Positions 39,677-42,243 of a DNA stretch of 42,243 bases are shown here, in pieces. A program made the position numbers and the translations under genes. The stretch lies in the NCBI GenBank assembly GCA_016935075.1, contig JAFGRP010000025.1:1-42243 (forward strand), written 5' to 3'. The DNA comes from Deltaproteobacteria bacterium (GTDB lineage Bacteria > Desulfobacterota > Syntrophia > Syntrophales > UBA5619). The notes under the pieces were generated by a model. It was given only the letters and a program-made list of their open reading frames with translations, was not told the origin of the DNA and did not search any database. Position 1 is the stretch's first letter. Each line of letters opens with the position of its first letter.

Positions 39677-40289
39677 TGGGCGCATATGCCGTTGATTGAT
39701 GCGGCATAGCTTCGACATCATTGAGAAACCCGGAACGGCTTCTTGTCCGGAACTTCACAGAAAACAGTCACCGGCATTCTCATTGACAAGAACGGCATCC
39801 ATTGATTCTCATCGATGTGGTCAGTTATGACATTGTAGATAGCATCACATTCCAGCCATCAAAGATCAAATATAATTGTTAACTGATCACACCATTTCAA
39901 TTCCAAAGCGAGAGGCGAGATGATCCAGACAGACCATTGAATATGGTTTGAAAGCTTGTAGAAACCGGACAGCCCCTTTTCTTTCTTGTTCTTGGAGTGG
40001 GCAGACATCCTTCCTGCTATCAAGTGTCCGACAATGCTTGAAGAGATCCACTTTTTCGAGCGGTAATCTGCATTGGCTGAAGTCCTCAATCTGCTCCGCT
40101 CGAATGGAATCAAATCCCGTTCCACCATAGTAGGTTGTGAGAAATTTGGTTGTTAGAAATTTTCTTGACGTACAAGATATTTTCCCATATCTTCGAACCG
40201 TAAGAAAGCAAGTTCTTATCAATCCATTATCAATTAATTTACTGGAAACAAGCGATGCTTTATCAAACAAAGGATGAAGGATAAATCAA

Positions 40290-40835
40290 ATGGGAATATT
40301 TCTAAGTTTTTTGCCTTGGATAGCATTTTGGATTCTAAGCGGGAATGGTCGTTATCAAATTGCCAGCCTGGTAGCGGTATGCGTAGTTATTGTTTTGAAC
40401 ATACGGGATTTGGGTAAAGGTAAGGTTAAAATTCTCGACCTGGGAACTTTAATTTTTTTTATTGTTCTCACGATTATCTCGTTTACCACTGAGGCGATCT
40501 GGATCGATCATTATTCTGCGCCATTGAGCGATTCCGCCATGTTTCTGATTGTTTTGATCTCTCTGGTAATGCACAAACCTTTCACATTGCAGTATGCTTA
40601 CGAACGAGTTGATAAGCAATTCTGGAATACGCCGGGATTCTACAAAACGAATCTTACGATCAGTGTGGTCTGGTGCATTGCCTTCGCCGTTAACGCAGTA
40701 TTGTCATTTTTATATGTAAAGCATCCTTATCTGATAGATTGGATTATACATATTCTTGTTCTGATAGCAGCAATTAAATTCACCGCCTGGTATCCGGAGT
40801 ATGTGAAAGCAAAAGCAGGCAAACAGCAAAATTAA
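40290..40835 (+). CDS. hypothetical 5-TM membrane protein in an AT-rich islet
   Basis: 181-aa ORF with regularly spaced hydrophobic spans (MGIFLSFLPWIAFWILSG...). The composition is much more AT-rich than the flanking DNA. I do not recognise a family. Confidence 0.6.
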   Translation: MGIFLSFLPWIAFWILSGNGRYQIASLVAVCVVIVLNIRDLGKGKVKILDLGTLIFFIVLTIISFTTEAIWIDHYSAPLSDSAMFLIVLISLVMHKPFTLQYAYERVDKQFWNTPGFYKTNLTISVVWCIAFAVNAVLSFLYVKHPYLIDWIIHILVLIAAIKFTAWYPEYVKAKAGKQQN

Positions 40836-41024
40836 TTGCCCTGATCTTTGGTTTCAGATGTATCAGGGGGGGGGCAATTCCCGTCTTTATTGGTTTAATT
40901 GTAGATAGCTTCGAAGGGTTTACCAAGGAAAGATTCTTTTAAAATCGGACTTTCCGGATGGACACTATTTATACGAGGCGCAAACAAATATAAACCAATG
41001 GTATCGTTAGAAGGGGGGTTGCTT

Positions 41025-42243
41025 ATGTGTGGCCTGACCTGGGGCATTTTGAAAACGTATATCGGGGAAAAGCACTTCTGGAGATTTCTCCTCATAATAG
41101 TTTTCACGGCAGTTGCCATGATGGCCAATGGAATGGAACCGGCCATAGCCCGGACCGATCCGACTTCCGGCATGGCACACAGGGATGCGGATTACGGAAA
41201 CATCCCGCTCTTCTTCATCCCCAACAAGGGCCAGCTCGATGAGCGGGTGGCCTATGCGATCCGGGGCAGGGACAAGTCGGTCTACTTTACCCCGGAGGGG
41301 CTGACCTTTGTTCTCTCGGAGCCGGTGAAGGCCTTACCGGCAAATAAGAAGCGTTTTCTGCGGGAGATCGAGCCGGGAGAGGTCGAGCAAGTGGTTCATC
41401 AGAAGCGCTGGGTGGTCAAGCTCGGTTTTGTCGGTTCCCGCCGTGATGTCCGGCCGGAATCTCTCGAGCAGGCGGACACGTTGATCTCCTACTTCAGGGG
41501 CCGGCCCGGGGAGTGGAAGGCCGGTTTGCGGACCAGCTCCAAAATCATCTACCGCGACCTCTGGCCGGGGATCGACCTCGTCTACTACGGGACGGTGAAC
41601 CGCATGAAGTACGAATTCATCGTCCACCCCGGTGCCGATCCGGAAAGGATCAGGCTTTCCTGGCGTGGGGCCGACCGTGTGGAGGTCACGCGGGAGGGGC
41701 GTCTGGAGCTGACCACGCCCGCGGGCATACTGCAGGATGACATCCCCGTGGCCTGGCAGGAGACGGACGGGCAACGGACGGGCGTTCCGGTGGCCTATGC
41801 CCTGGAGCGGATGCCCGGTGTCCATTTGGCCGATCTCTCCTTGAGCGCGGACGACTCCGCGGCATTTTACGGGACCTGTCCACAATACGGAGACCATGTT
41901 TACGGGTTCAAAGTGGGCGCATACGACCGGTCCAGGACCCTGGTCCTCGACCCGGCGATGCTCGTCTACTGCGGCTATATCGGCGGCTCAAACGGCGATA
42001 TAGGAATCGGGATCGCCGTGGACGGGGCGGGCAACGCCTACGTCACGGGTTACACGGCCTCCACCGAGGCCACCTTTCCGGTTGCGGTGGGGCCGGACCT
42101 GACGTTCAACGGCCTTATTGACGCCTTCGTGGCCAAGGTCAACGCGTCCGGCACGGCTCTGGCCTACTGCGGCTATATCGGCGGGTCAGGCCTTGACATT
42201 GGCTATGGGATCGCCGTGGACGGGGCGGGCAACGCCTACGTCA
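41025..42243 (+). CDS. secreted SBBP (beta-propeller) repeat protein, 5' part (runs off the window)
   Basis: My own translation from ATG 41025 (AAGGGGGG 6 nt upstream) shows no stop to 42243. The hydrophobic N-terminus is FLLIIVFTAVAMMA. YGNIPLFFIPNKGQLDERVAYAIRG is a DUF7948-like head. The SBBP repeats read YCGYIGGSNGDIGIGIAVDGAGNAYVTGYTASTEATFP. It is absent from the ORF track because it has no stop in the window. Confidence 0.8.
   Translation, partial: MCGLTWGILKTYIGEKHFWRFLLIIVFTAVAMMANGMEPAIARTDPTSGMAHRDADYGNIPLFFIPNKGQLDERVAYAIRGRDKSVYFTPEGLTFVLSEPVKALPANKKRFLREIEPGEVEQVVHQKRWVVKLGFVGSRRDVRPESLEQADTLISYFRGRPGEWKAGLRTSSKIIYRDLWPGIDLVYYGTVNRMKYEFIVHPGADPERIRLSWRGADRVEVTREGRLELTTPAGILQDDIPVAWQETDGQRTGVPVAYALERMPGVHLADLSLSADDSAAFYGTCPQYGDHVYGFKVGAYDRSRTLVLDPAMLVYCGYIGGSNGDIGIGIAVDGAGNAYVTGYTASTEATFPVAVGPDLTFNGLIDAFVAKVNASGTALAYCGYIGGSGLDIGYGIAVDGAGNAYV

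Noticed and set aside
39859-40270. Assigning the two overlapping - strand ORFs to a transposase, toxin or integrase family.
   Set aside because: I could not find a diagnostic motif (DDE, HUH, Tyr-recombinase R..H..R..Y, or a Fic or PIN signature). They are kept only as 'decayed frames' in a finding.

Overview
This is a 42.2-kb window from a GC-rich bacterial chromosome. The gene content looks like an anaerobe: many Fe-S proteins, a PPi-type phosphofructokinase signature and TRAP transporters. The gene order and intergenic palindromes remind me of syntrophic Deltaproteobacteria/Thermodesulfobacteriota, but that is inference only. GC statements below are by eye, not computed.

Layout:
(1) 1-11.4 kb, + strand, housekeeping: ispA 3' end, dxs, tlyA, ispH fused to a UbiA-like membrane domain, a lipoprotein, a NifU-like gene plus a 59-codon ferredoxin missed by the ORF track, then tmk-holB-ricT-metG.
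(2) 11.6-26.1 kb: a 14.5-kb block with every gene on the - strand. It encodes a GntR regulator, a SucC-like / 7-Cys ferredoxin-like / SucD-like / CitE-like lyase operon, a CGGC-domain protein, a TAXI-TRAP system with an extra lipoprotein, an OYE-type FMN/[4Fe-4S]/FAD reductase and a Tat-exported DctPQM TRAP system. Its distal edge carries a 126-nt relic that is 86.5% identical to an internal part of metG.
(3) 26.3-31.9 kb, central carbon cluster: class II fba, fbp, and two divergently transcribed PFKs with different phosphoryl-donor signatures, with a truncated GDPD relic in between.
(4) 31.9-39.7 kb, mixed genes: nitroreductase-ferredoxin, ihfA, M15 peptidase, a signal-peptide spermidine-synthase-fold protein with a separate membrane partner, a Cys-rich DUF-like protein, cyclophilin, meaB, cobO and a truncated RlpA-like gene.
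(5) 39.7-41.0 kb: an AT-rich islet with decayed frames and one membrane protein.
(6) 41.0 kb to the end: 5' part of an SBBP beta-propeller repeat protein.

I found no rRNA, tRNA, CRISPR array, transposase or integrase.

The best candidates for undescribed biology are:
- the thiokinase/Fe-S/lyase operon inside the - strand acid-utilisation island
- the IspH-UbiA fusion
- the metG-relic island boundary
- a shared tandem-heptad operator candidate
- a family of AATGGGG-anchored intergenic palindromes
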